In this document: positions 54,155 to 64,000 of the stretch, in pieces
How positions within the stretch are numbered: the first letter of the stretch is position 1
Layout of the letters: every line of letters starts with the position of its first letter
DNA from: Perkinsus chesapeaki ATCC PRA-425
Taxonomy: Eukaryota > Protista > Perkinsozoa
Direction of reading: 5' to 3'
Assembly (NCBI GenBank): GCA_013115145.1
Contig: JAAPAO010000029.1
Location: 58,995-122,994 of the forward strand
Length of the DNA: 64,000 bases
Position numbers and translations under genes: made by a program
Notes under the pieces: model-generated
Database searches by the model: none
Told to the model about the DNA's origin: nothing
The model's input: only the letters and a program-made list of their open reading frames with translations

Positions 54155-54259
54155 TCAGTCAGTCAGTCAGTTAGTCAGTCAGTTAGTCAGTCAGTCAGTG
54201 AGTCAGTTAGTAAGTCAGTGAGTTAGTCAGTTAGTTAGTCAGTTGTTAGTGAGTCAGTG
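54155..54259. repeat. Degenerate (NAGT)n tetranucleotide microsatellite between gag and RT
   Basis: About 26 units of cagt, tagt, gagt or aagt. Confidence 0.95.
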
Positions 54260-54376
54260 TATGGGTGAACATTTTATTTTAAAAGATAGTAGGTGAGTCT
54301 ATCACGCTGTTAGCGTAGTGTAAGCGTGTCTATACTGGCGACGTTAGTGTACTCTTTCCATTATCTGCATTAAAGT

Positions 54377-55828
54377 TTGATGATTAAACGAAGTTATCGA
54401 ACTAAAACATTTGTTTTGTGTTGCTCAGATGATATAAGTAACTCGCTACCTGCAACTAGCCGCCCTTATCAAGATGGCACCGGCATAACTTCAAGCCTCC
54501 CGCCCTTGAATCGTCCTTTTCAAAATGGGTCGATCGATTCTGAAGCAGTAACATTTGCCGGTTTCCTTGATGAAGTGGAGAAGAAGTTTCATCTGGAACA
54601 AATCCTAGAATCATCCATTTCGGGCACCGGAGAAATATCCGCAGAATCGATCCCCAAAGTTGAAGATTGCTTCAATCAAGCATCATTCGAGTTATTATCA
54701 TTGCTGCATGAACATTTTGGTGTAGCAACAGCTACGGCAAGAGTAGGAGGTCCACTTAGACCAGATGTTATCAGATTCCTGTCCTCTCTCTTTGACTCCA
54801 ATGCTGACCCTACACTACCGGACGACATAAACTCGGGCGTGAATCTTGGCTTCGAAGAACCACTCCAACCTTCGGGTGTCTTTCCTCCTGTGTCTCAACC
54901 TTCGACACAGCAGCATTCATATCTTTTGGCAAGTAGGGGTCCTGGTCCGAGGACAAACTATGTCAGTGCTAGAGACGCGGAAGAAGCTGTACAGAGAGTC
55001 ATAGACGAAGAGCTTAAGTTGGGAAGAGTCCGAGTTCTTACTAAAAATGAGGCTAGCGATTCGGCTCGCTATTTCTCTAAACTAGCAGCAATTCCAAAGT
55101 CTGGTTCTGCTAATTCATACAGATTAGTCGAAGATTTTAAAGAGTCTTCTGCCAATGCAAGAATTACACCAGTGGAGCACACAACTCACCCCTCACTTGA
55201 GGACATTAGGGCATTGGTGCAACGACTACTTCTAGATGAAGACGGCAACAAAAAAGATTACGTCGGGAGTATTACGGATATAAAAGGTGCTTACAGGCAT
55301 CTTCATTTACGTCCCTCATCACGGAAGTTTTGTTGCTTCTCTGTCAACGGGTGTGACTATGAGAATCTTGCAGTGCCTTTTGGGGTTTGTTCGGCAGGTT
55401 GGGCTTTCTGCCGTTTATCTAGCAAGGTCCAACGGATTGACCACGCATTAGCTGATCTGTTAATATCGCTAATGGGTGCCCGTGACTTAGCTCGTGGTTG
55501 GGTTTATATTGATGATGCAGCTTGGCTTTTTCCACGGTCAAAAGCATTTCCTTTGGCTGTTCGCCTTCTGTTGCTATTGCCTCTGATGGGTATTTCAGTA
55601 TCTTGGCCTAAGTTTCGTCTAGGTGTTCAAACGTTAAGATTCATTGGGTTCGACCTCGTTCTCTCTGGTGAGTGTCCTTTAATTCGTCTCCCTGCCGATA
55701 AACTTGGTATTGTCATAAACAGTTTGCATTCACTATTGGATCACAATCGACCTAAGATCCGTCTTGTCGATTTAGAGCCTTTAGCAGGCAGATTGAATCG
55801 TGTTTGTATGATATGCCCTTTTATCTGA
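54377..55828 (+). CDS. Reverse transcriptase of the YR retrotransposon
   Basis: FSKLAAIPKSG..YRLVEDF, TDIKGAYRHL, VPFGVCSAGWAF, GWVYIDDA (YxDD), FIGFDL and GRLN. Confidence 0.92.
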   Translation: MMIKRSYRTKTFVLCCSDDISNSLPATSRPYQDGTGITSSLPPLNRPFQNGSIDSEAVTFAGFLDEVEKKFHLEQILESSISGTGEISAESIPKVEDCFNQASFELLSLLHEHFGVATATARVGGPLRPDVIRFLSSLFDSNADPTLPDDINSGVNLGFEEPLQPSGVFPPVSQPSTQQHSYLLASRGPGPRTNYVSARDAEEAVQRVIDEELKLGRVRVLTKNEASDSARYFSKLAAIPKSGSANSYRLVEDFKESSANARITPVEHTTHPSLEDIRALVQRLLLDEDGNKKDYVGSITDIKGAYRHLHLRPSSRKFCCFSVNGCDYENLAVPFGVCSAGWAFCRLSSKVQRIDHALADLLISLMGARDLARGWVYIDDAAWLFPRSKAFPLAVRLLLLLPLMGISVSWPKFRLGVQTLRFIGFDLVLSGECPLIRLPADKLGIVINSLHSLLDHNRPKIRLVDLEPLAGRLNRVCMICPFI

Positions 55829-55844
55829 TAAATCAAATCTCAAA

Positions 55845-56450
55845 GTGGCCTTAGAATGGTGGTTACGAACGTTGGACCCAACGGGTTCTTCCTTTTTGCT
55901 CGAGTCAGCCATCCTCAAGCCCTCCTTCTCAGAATCAGTAGTCATGGTATCAGATGCATCAACTTGGGCTTTGGGTGGTTGGTTTTCTCATGGCAACTCT
56001 TCGAAGTGGTTCCAAGTTAGATTACATAATGGTGATAATATGAATGGCTGGCAACAATTACTGGAGGATCCGAATCATCCTACATGCAATGATATGGTTT
56101 TACTCGAAACATTAGCAGCTGCACTGTCACTACAGTTAGCGTTGAAAGAGTTTGGCCAGAGTGCATCTCGCCGAGTATTATTCCACCTCTATACGGATAG
56201 CACAGGAGCTATATCTTGTTTTCGCAAGTTTCGCTCTAAATCTGAAAGAGTGAATCATGTCCTCCAAGCTATTGTTAATAGTTTAGCACAAGTTTGCTAC
56301 TCGTTTGAAGTAGATTATATTCAATCATCTAATAATGTGATAGCTGATTCCATTAGTCGATTAGCAGACCCCAGTGCGATTGTTCCTGCTTCTTGGTGCC
56401 AAGTTGATGCAAGTTTGACTGAGCTGATTCCCTTCAATGCGAGTTCGTAG
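55845..56450 (+). CDS. RNase H domain of the YR retrotransposon (out of frame with RT after an apparent deletion)
   Basis: LEWWL, VSDASTWALGG, LLETLAAALSL, LYTDSTGAI and NVIADSISR give the D-E-D-D catalytic set of DIRS-type RNase HI. Confidence 0.88.
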   Translation: MALEWWLRTLDPTGSSFLLESAILKPSFSESVVMVSDASTWALGGWFSHGNSSKWFQVRLHNGDNMNGWQQLLEDPNHPTCNDMVLLETLAAALSLQLALKEFGQSASRRVLFHLYTDSTGAISCFRKFRSKSERVNHVLQAIVNSLAQVCYSFEVDYIQSSNNVIADSISRLADPSAIVPASWCQVDASLTELIPFNASS

Positions 56451-56566
56451 TTGTGTACTCTTTATCTTATTTCTACTTCTTCTGTGTTTCTTTTGTAGCG
56501 TTGCTCACTAGTAATTAATACATACTTCTCATTTTTCTTTTTTTAGGTATTAAAACAACTCCTTGT

Positions 56567-57721
56567 ATGAGTGATAAGCGAAATGAAGCACTACAGTCAA
56601 TCCAATCAAGCAGCCAACCTCAATTGGCTTCTTGGGTTTGGCATTTTATACAAGATGGGCATGCGGCTACTACGAAGAGTCAATATGACTCCATAGAAAC
56701 TTTTTATAAAAGTGTGGTCAGTTCCGCTATTGATCCATTCCCGGCATCTGGTTTATCGCTGGCACTGTTTGCATATGCAATGGTTCGAGCTGATTATAAA
56801 TTCAGCACAGTGTCGTCCTATTTATCAGCAATTGTATCAAGAAATAAGTTGTACGGTTTCTTCATGTCCCCAGCTGATACTTATCTGGTGCAGATGGCAC
56901 GCAAGTCAGCTTCAAAATTATGTAATCACTCAGTTGACCAGAAGGAACCTTTAACCCGGAACCAAGCTTTGCAACTGGGTTGCTTAGACCCACTTGGTGG
57001 TGATGTTATTATTACAGCATGCTTGACGGGCATTTTCGGTTTATTGCGCGGCGATGAGATCATTAATTTAAATTTCAGTGATCTCGAGTTTTGTACTCGC
57101 ATGGGAAGGCAAGTGGCAAAGCTGTTGGTACGAGTCTCCAAAACCGATCAAGCTGCTGTAGGCGAAGCTGTTCTAATTTCTTGTGTTAATGGTACCCCTG
57201 GTGCAGCCACTTGTCAATCTTGTTGTGCATATCATCGTCTACGGTTGATTGGCACTGTCCCTAGACCGGGAGAAGTACGGTACTTTGGTAACCATTGTTT
57301 GCTTTCAACAATGCCCGCTTGACTATAAGATATTTTTATGCGCGAGTTTCGCCATTTGCTAACGCGTCTCAACCCCCCGGTTGATGACTTGGGGATCTAT
57401 GGGCTCCACTCGCTCAGACGCACTGGTGCGACTTTGTGTTACGTTAACGCCGTTCGGGACCACACCATTAAGGAACAGGGTCGCTGGTCTAGTGACTGTG
57501 TCTACCAGTATCTTGTGGGAGCTTCCCTGGGTGATCGAGTTGAGTTGGCTGAGGCAATGATGCGGCCTCCTCATAGAGTTCTTTTGTCTTTCGTTCCCCT
57601 CTTCGGAAGGCGGCCATTTATTCTGAGTAATCTGACCCTTCTTCGTTTTGAGTTAATATCTCCAGCTTTGGGCGGTTCGGTGCTTGCTCGGCGAGCGGCC
57701 TGCTCGAGTGTCTCCTTCTGA
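56567..57721 (+). CDS. Tyrosine recombinase (phage-integrase-like), interrupted by two in-frame stops at 57320-57328
   Basis: N-terminal SAM-like segment (TVSSYLSAI), LLRGDE (Arg I), SKTDQ (Lys), HSLRRTGAT (H-x-x-R) and GRWSSDCVYQY (Trp/Tyr nucleophile). Confidence 0.9.
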
Positions 57722-58246
57722 GCGCTGGGTGTGCGCGGATTGGAGCGATGTGCCGAGCTTCCGCTGGTAGTGTGCGCCCGCGGCGCCCGGCACATTTGGG
57801 CCGTGTGACAGCTGTCGCTGTTGGCGCGCCCCCGCGCCCCACCGCTCGGGAGGAAGGGTAGAGAGTAAACTGGAACACCACCTGATACGCTCACGTGCGA
57901 CCACGTCATATGCTAGCCTGACTGACCAGTCTCCCCCACGTCATCCCGCTCGAGTGACCAGGCACTCCAGTTATCAACCAAGTCAAGATAGAACCAAGCC
58001 AATTGTTTCACTTCCAAAGGTATCCAGAGCACTGGTCGTGCCTAGGCCTTAGCTCTGCGTGTTCCCCCTGCCTGCTCCCTTGGGAGGGTGTTTTTTTCTT
58101 TTTTTCTTTTCTGTTATATATCCCATTTTTGCACAATAGAGGAGCGGTGCCTGCGACATCCTTAGATCCAAACAATCCTTCGAACCAAAGCAGGGCGACG
58201 CATGCGTGCGTGACCTTCTAAGTGTACGCACACGTAAGCAAGTTGT

Positions 58247-59632
58247 GTGAAGCATGCACTCAGCTGCTACAGCTTACAACAAATGAAGGTGTCTAGTCAC
58301 GGCATGGTGGCGAGCATTACGGCGAACTTGGTGGACCTGATGGTTGTATGTGGTGATATCGTATCCAGTAGCCCTTTGAAGTATCTTCTATATGTGGGGT
58401 TAATTTACCTCAAACATTTGTTATTGATTAGTATCGATCGGTTGAGGGTGTTCGCGGGAGCCGTATTTCTGTCCTCGAGACCAGACAGCTTGATGGGGAC
58501 TGCATTAGGAGACTGCAAAATGACGTATATCGGCGAGGAGCCGGTATCTGGTGGCTATTCTAGCTCAGTCAGGCGGGTTTATCTTGATAATGGCGACGTT
58601 GAAAACCCAGACAGTGTGATCGTAAAGACGAGCTCGAGTGCTCTTCGCGTGCGCATATTCGCATCCGGAGGTTACCAGCGCGAAGTGAACTTCTACAACC
58701 AGATATCACACACTCTTCCTATACCGATCCCGAAGATATACCACTCTAAATGGGACAAGTGGCGATGCTCCGAGATCATTATCATGGAGAATATTGCAAT
58801 GGGTTCATCGGTTGTAGATAAGGTACGGACGTCTGAAAATCCGGAAGCGGTTGCCGAAGAAGCAGTGTTGTTTGCTGCTAGAATGCATGCGAGATATTGG
58901 GGGGCGACTCCCTCTACTCTGGCGAACTCTTCCTTGGGCAGGTATACCTGGCTTAAAGGCTACGACTGCATCCAAGGCAAGAATGAGGGAATGTACAAAT
59001 TTAGTATTTTCTTCATATCGTACCTATGGGGAAGACTGAAGGCTGCCATGCCCGAAGAAAGAGGGGATATCACCTGGAACGGTATCAAGTGGAGTCGAGA
59101 ACTTGTGGAGTTCATCGATACGCTCATCGATGGCTCTACTTGGGACGCTTGTCAGGCATTTTGGAGAACCCGTGAGCATCCCTTAACCTTAGTTCATGGG
59201 GACTATCATGTTGGTAACCAGATATGGGATGAGAAGACAGACAAGCTCTACACAATTGACTGGTCTGAGGTGGCCGTGGGTGAAGGCCCCGCCGATGTAG
59301 CCCAGTCATTTCTTGACTTTCGACAAGTGTCCAATGACAGCAACTGGGAAAATGAACTTATCGGTACATATTGGATGGAGCTTGCGGAACAGGGAGTGGA
59401 TCATTTATCGTATCCTCTCTCCATGTGCCGTGAGGCTTATGTCCGCGGCGGTATTGACCGAGGAATTCAAGTCTTGATTGGTGTGGCTACTGCCAGAATG
59501 GCATATCCTGGTATTTTTAGTGTGTCGTATATTCAAGGTATGGTAGACAAAGTAACGGCCTTCGTAGCCGCGCATGAAGCGGAATACCAAAGGCCCTATA
59601 TAATTTCGACACCTTACCTCTGCCAGTGGTGA
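58247..59632 (+). CDS. Intronless APH/choline-kinase-fold phosphotransferase (ecdysteroid-kinase-like, EcKL/DUF227); true start perhaps about 58493
   Basis: GGYSSSVRRV (Gly loop), VIVKT, YQREVNFY, IIIMENI, TLVHGDYHVGN (catalytic loop) and IDWSEVAVGEGPADVA. Confidence 0.88.
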   Translation: MKHALSCYSLQQMKVSSHGMVASITANLVDLMVVCGDIVSSSPLKYLLYVGLIYLKHLLLISIDRLRVFAGAVFLSSRPDSLMGTALGDCKMTYIGEEPVSGGYSSSVRRVYLDNGDVENPDSVIVKTSSSALRVRIFASGGYQREVNFYNQISHTLPIPIPKIYHSKWDKWRCSEIIIMENIAMGSSVVDKVRTSENPEAVAEEAVLFAARMHARYWGATPSTLANSSLGRYTWLKGYDCIQGKNEGMYKFSIFFISYLWGRLKAAMPEERGDITWNGIKWSRELVEFIDTLIDGSTWDACQAFWRTREHPLTLVHGDYHVGNQIWDEKTDKLYTIDWSEVAVGEGPADVAQSFLDFRQVSNDSNWENELIGTYWMELAEQGVDHLSYPLSMCREAYVRGGIDRGIQVLIGVATARMAYPGIFSVSYIQGMVDKVTAFVAAHEAEYQRPYIISTPYLCQW

Positions 59633-60267
59633 GTTAAGAACCTGAGTGTTGGTTAAAGTGTGTTTTTGACAAGCGAAAGAGCAGCCTCATAAAACCCCTT
59701 CGCGGGACTCGTCTATCTCCAGAAAGTATTCAATTGTATGGCGTATCTAGTTGGTTTAATTGAGTATATGGGGGTTCGATAAACAAGACACTCATAGACG
59801 GTTCTAATAGAAGAGGTGCCGATCAAGCTGGACCCACCGCCGAAAGCCGCATAAACGAAAAGGAGAATGCAAACTACGTAGATGGCTAGCTTGTGTAACT
59901 TCGACAGTGGAGGGTTATGCTAAAGCCTCCGATCGGACTATACTTAACCCTAGACTATACTTCAACCCTTCAATACTAAGTATATCGATACGTGACGAGC
60001 TCTTCCAGCCTACCCGACAGGGGAACAATTTGTCGACGGTTAAACGGAACTCATTCTTCGCAAACTTTATCAACAATAGTATGGGCTGGTATCACCCTCA
60101 GCGCTCATCAAACGGTAGACTCCCAATATCATACAATAAGCATTGAACGTGTCTTGCCGAATCACATTGCTTTCTGATTGTGATATGGCAGGGTCCCCAG
60201 CAGATTGACTACTGTTGCAGAACTCAGAATATGTGACTAATCTGAAACATAACCTGCATGAAACGGA

Positions 60268-63200
60268 TCATCGTGCATTAGTTCGTTTAAATATCTTGCT
60301 TCCTAAGGAGGATCTCTCCTGACGACTGGCGATGTCTCGAGTCCACATGTCGGCAGGAAAAGTCCTGAACCCAGCGGCATCCTTGCCGGTCTCATGCATT
60401 GGGCCATTTCCATGTTTGATGCCGCTCTTAAGCGCCGATATCTTTTTGAAGTACTCAGCTGTATTCACCATACACCCTTTTCCTCGAGCCCAGTGAACCC
60501 AGCAGGACCAGTCGCACTCGGGATCAGCAGTAAGCGTTTTGACATCTCCGAAAACCACCAACCCACGCTTCGCTCTGGTGAGCATGACATTCATCCTTCT
60601 AGGATCTCCGGTGAAGCCAATGTCGCCTTCCCGGTTCGAGCGAACAGCGCTAAATAAAACAAGTTCTTTCTCGCTGCCTTGGAACGCATCCACCGTGTTC
60701 ACACTAACACTTCTAACTTGTTCTCGAGACAGTCTGTACTCAGATTCAAGCATCTTCTCAATCTGAGATTTCTGTCCACTATATGGCACAATAACTCCGA
60801 TATCCTTCGGGTCCATCCCAGCCTCAACAGCGCACACCAGAGCGTCGACAACTGCCTTCGCTTCAGTTCTATTGCAGTAGGACGTCCCAACCCTGGCCTC
60901 CCCGCCAGTCAGGGTGTTAGTGTCGACCAAGCACACTTGTACACCCTCGGATGGCCAGAACAAGCCAGGTATCTCGGGGCGATCGCCGACGGCATCGCCA
61001 ATGCGCCCGTCGTAGAAGTTAATGTTTGAGAATTCAGCAATACTTGGATGCATTCGTCGTTGGACATCCAACATGTGCAATCTACCACCGGAGCTCAGAA
61101 GGCGCTCGAAAAGACTGATACTAAATCCGCCGTTTTGGGCAGCTGTTGAACAAACCGTTGCTGAGAGCTGTTTATGGTCCCCTGACATCAAAGGAGAGAG
61201 AAACTTTTCTAGAATCTACCAAATCAATACGATTCCATGTCGAGATATGCGTAGCGTTAGGAACATCTAGAGCCTCTGGCAACAGCTACGTTTCGAAAGC
61301 ATTTAAGTTGCAAAATCAATCGCTCCCCCACAAAACGAGATGTTTGTTATTCTTCAACATGTAATGACCGTAGACATTTTTCATTATCAAATATTTAACC
61401 ACGTGAAGAGCGACTTCTGCTTCAGCAAGGCATGATGGCTGAAACGGATCTCAGCTAGAAACATCTACGCCAGACTACTGAACGATCCCGACATATCTCG
61501 CCATAATAGAAATGGCGTCTATTATCCTTACCCAAAAGAACGCATCGCTTTGCTCCTCGAGCTAGCGGCACTAAAGTAGCGGGCTCTGTGGCTTGTGTGC
61601 ACTCATCGATGACAACCGAGTCGAAAGTGAGACCATCCAGCATTGGGTGACCACTGCCGGTGCATGTTCCTACTATAACAGAGAATCTGAACAAGGCAAG
61701 AAACAGATAGGGAGAATTACGTCCGCCAAAACTTGCCATTGCTCATCTGTTCATCGGAGATCAAAGAGTGTGCTCTATATAATTGAGCTATAGTAAATCA
61801 CACAATTCCTGTCTACTGAACAATTGTAGCACCATCGTATTACTAGCTTTCTTTACTTCACTCATTCTCTTTACTGCCCTATCTCACCAACTATGAGCCC
61901 AATCTATAACTGTTGTGTAACAACAACTACGACTAAGCTATCCAGAACGGGATACTGCAAGTACTCTACACATTAGCAATTCTGCACAAGGATAGATTCT
62001 TACAACATTCTGGAACATCCAGTGAATTCTGCCGAACTATCACTCCCGCCGGAAAGAGAGACACTCGGAGTCGATTTGAATCCATTGTTCCACGCTTTCT
62101 TTCTCTCGCCCCTCCCACCTATTGACCGCTATCTTGTCCATTTGTGCTCTTAACGTTGGCAAGCGTCGGAGGTGACCCAACTCCACAGCTTTCTTGTACT
62201 CTTTAATGAGCGGATGACCTGATTTTGAAGAGCACTGATTATAATGCGACTTTTTTGCTAATTTTTTCATCACTCGCCTGAAAGGGTCATTTCAGAAAAT
62301 ATCCTATAGTCAACTTACTCCAAACAATCATTTTCAAGGAAAAAATTCCTAGGGAATTAGATAATTTTTCAGCAGTCTGTCCCCCTGAAGGGCTTTCCTC
62401 CGATAGACATCCTTCCATTCCCAGCGCATGGCCTATATACCTCTGAGGTAGTGCTCAACCGTTTCGGAGAGATCAAATCCTTGGGACTCCGTCATTCGCC
62501 CAACTCGGTAGCATTCCACCCCATTCCTCTCAAGATGTCCTCTTATATTGTCTGCTGCTGCATTCGAATCAGCGACCACCAATATGCGACCTGGAATGGA
62601 CATGACATGCTCATCAACTACCTGCTCAGTGAATGCCAGTACGCCAGTATATCTAACGATATTAGGCTCGGCACAATTGATAATAACAAATATAAATTCA
62701 AGTAATACTAATTCCCAATTAGACAACTGAGCATTAGCGAGCAATCTATAATAGGTAATACTAGTCCGCATCAATTATGTTGTTCGGCTAATACAAATTA
62801 AAAACACCTTCCGGACTATCCATATTCACCTGATAGTAAATACTGCTACGATTGCTATATCATTCCAAACCGGCTCAGCGGGTGCGAGAAGGCCTCTTTT
62901 TGTGGTTCACATACTCCGGTTTCACCCCTAACGAGACTACCGCGAAAATGTCTTCTCTGTTTGGGAGCTCTCGCAGAGATCTTTCCTATTCGCCCCACTC
63001 ACCTTCATTCTTCTGCAGGGCCCCTTTCTGCTTCAATGGTCTGATCTTATTCCTTACCCAGTGCTTCACTATAGCCACCGCAGTGTAGGTCTTACCAGTT
63101 CCTGGTGGCCCTTGGATCAATGTTAAAGGGACGTTCCATGACCCGTTTATCTATAAATAATAATAACTATTAGATATTTTAAAAACAATCGTCCTATTCA

Positions 63201-64000
63201 CATTCAACCGGATTTCCTGGACTTGTCACATTCTAGCTCATCGTCAAAGACGGAAGTTAGCCAATTCTAAGTTTTCAATTCTAAGCCAATTCAAGTCACC
63301 AGTTCTAACCGTGGACTCTGTTTTCTTCGACAGCAGCGACCTTGGATCTCCCCATTTGCAGCTCTCAACCAGGCACGTTAAGTAACATTCAACATCAGTG
63401 TGCTGTACTCTATCTACATCCATATAGCTGTACGAGAAGAACCATCTAATGCCACAAGGTGTAAAAATATACCCTCGCTGAAGCTTCCCGAATTTCGCCT
63501 AGGACACACTATCCACCTGAAAGCCTACCACATTGCTCTGGTTCTCCGAGAGTGGCATGCCAAGATCCGGCAGTGTCTCTGTTGGTGGCTCAAATGGTGG
63601 GGCGGAGCGAAGCAGAGCATCTCTCATTGATTCATCATAATTAAATCTAAAGCAGCTCAAGTGATAGTTAATAAACTACTACTCCGGCGAGTTAACCGAG
63701 CATTAACGTGAGACAGGGCAAGGACTGCTACTGCTGCTGCTGCGGTCTTACCTTTCATGACCGTCATCCAACACCTTCAGTTTAACGTTTGGTTTAATGG
63801 CGAGGAATAGAGCATTACCGCAGGCAGGGACTTCATATAACACACGAAGAGCCTCACACATTCGAGAGTGACTGAGGAGAAGGAATTATGAGATTCTTCA
63901 TTACCCTGCTCAGACGATAAGCTCCGTCAATCGAACAACATTATATAATAACATTTTACTAGTGTAAAAATAAAGGACAATCGAACAACATTATATAATA
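60268..64000 (-). CDS. UPF1/NAM7-like superfamily 1 helicase (5' part probably outside window)
   Basis: LIQGPPGTGKTYT (about 63090-63125), ILVVADSNAAADN, VIVGTCTG, VVIDECTQATEP, GDHKQL, SLFERL, LDVQRRMHPSI, IGVIVPYSGQ, VNTVDAFQGSEKE and RRMNVMLTRAK. Confidence 0.92.
61802..62112. repeat. Dispersed ~320-bp intronic repeat, copy 2 (helicase intron)
   Basis: Circularly permuted match to 38740-39107. It fills about 90% of an inferred intron at 61775-62118. Confidence 0.92.
63929..64000. repeat. AT-rich ~51-bp tandem duplication at the window end
   Basis: aatcgaacaacattatataata occurs at about 63929 and again at about 63979. Confidence 0.6.

Larger units (their letters stand above)
52330..58100 (+). 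mobile_element. Tyrosine-recombinase retrotransposon (DIRS order, Ngaro/PAT-like organisation), partly decayed
   Basis: Same-strand gag-like, RT, RNase H and YR regions are bracketed by a 42-bp direct repeat (52465-52506 and 58026-58067, 4 mismatches). Boundaries approximate. Confidence 0.9.

Noticed and set aside
55806-55845. 40-nt GT-AG segment that would put RT and RNase H in frame
   Set aside because: The spliced product (GRLNRVLALEWW) is far shorter than the usual RT-RH connector, so an internal deletion explains the break better.

Overview
Eukaryotic, gene-dense, intron-rich protist DNA with many short GT-AG introns. Its style resembles an alveolate such as Perkinsus; that assignment is inference and was not checked. 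All exon structures were reconstructed by eye, so CDS coordinates are outer spans. Host genes include a UBA-domain 3' end, a type I metacaspase, a PP2C phosphatase, a strongly divergent EF-1alpha paralogue, a WBP4/FBP21-like U1 zinc-finger protein, two WD40 proteins, a KIF6-like kinesin, a small secreted protein with a duplicated 21-aa motif, a tandem CCCH protein, an intronless EcKL/APH-type kinase and a UPF1-like SF1 helicase. There are also several hypothetical genes. Mobile DNA comprises a decayed hAT transposase and a ~5.7 kb tyrosine-recombinase (DIRS-order) retrotransposon with gag-CCCH, RT, RNase H and YR. The best lead is that this retroelement's ORFs are separated by intron-like spacers with phase-matched GT-AG sites, so splicing could fuse Gag-RT and RNaseH-YR in frame. 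The second lead is a ~320-bp sequence that fills introns of two unrelated genes in circularly permuted form.
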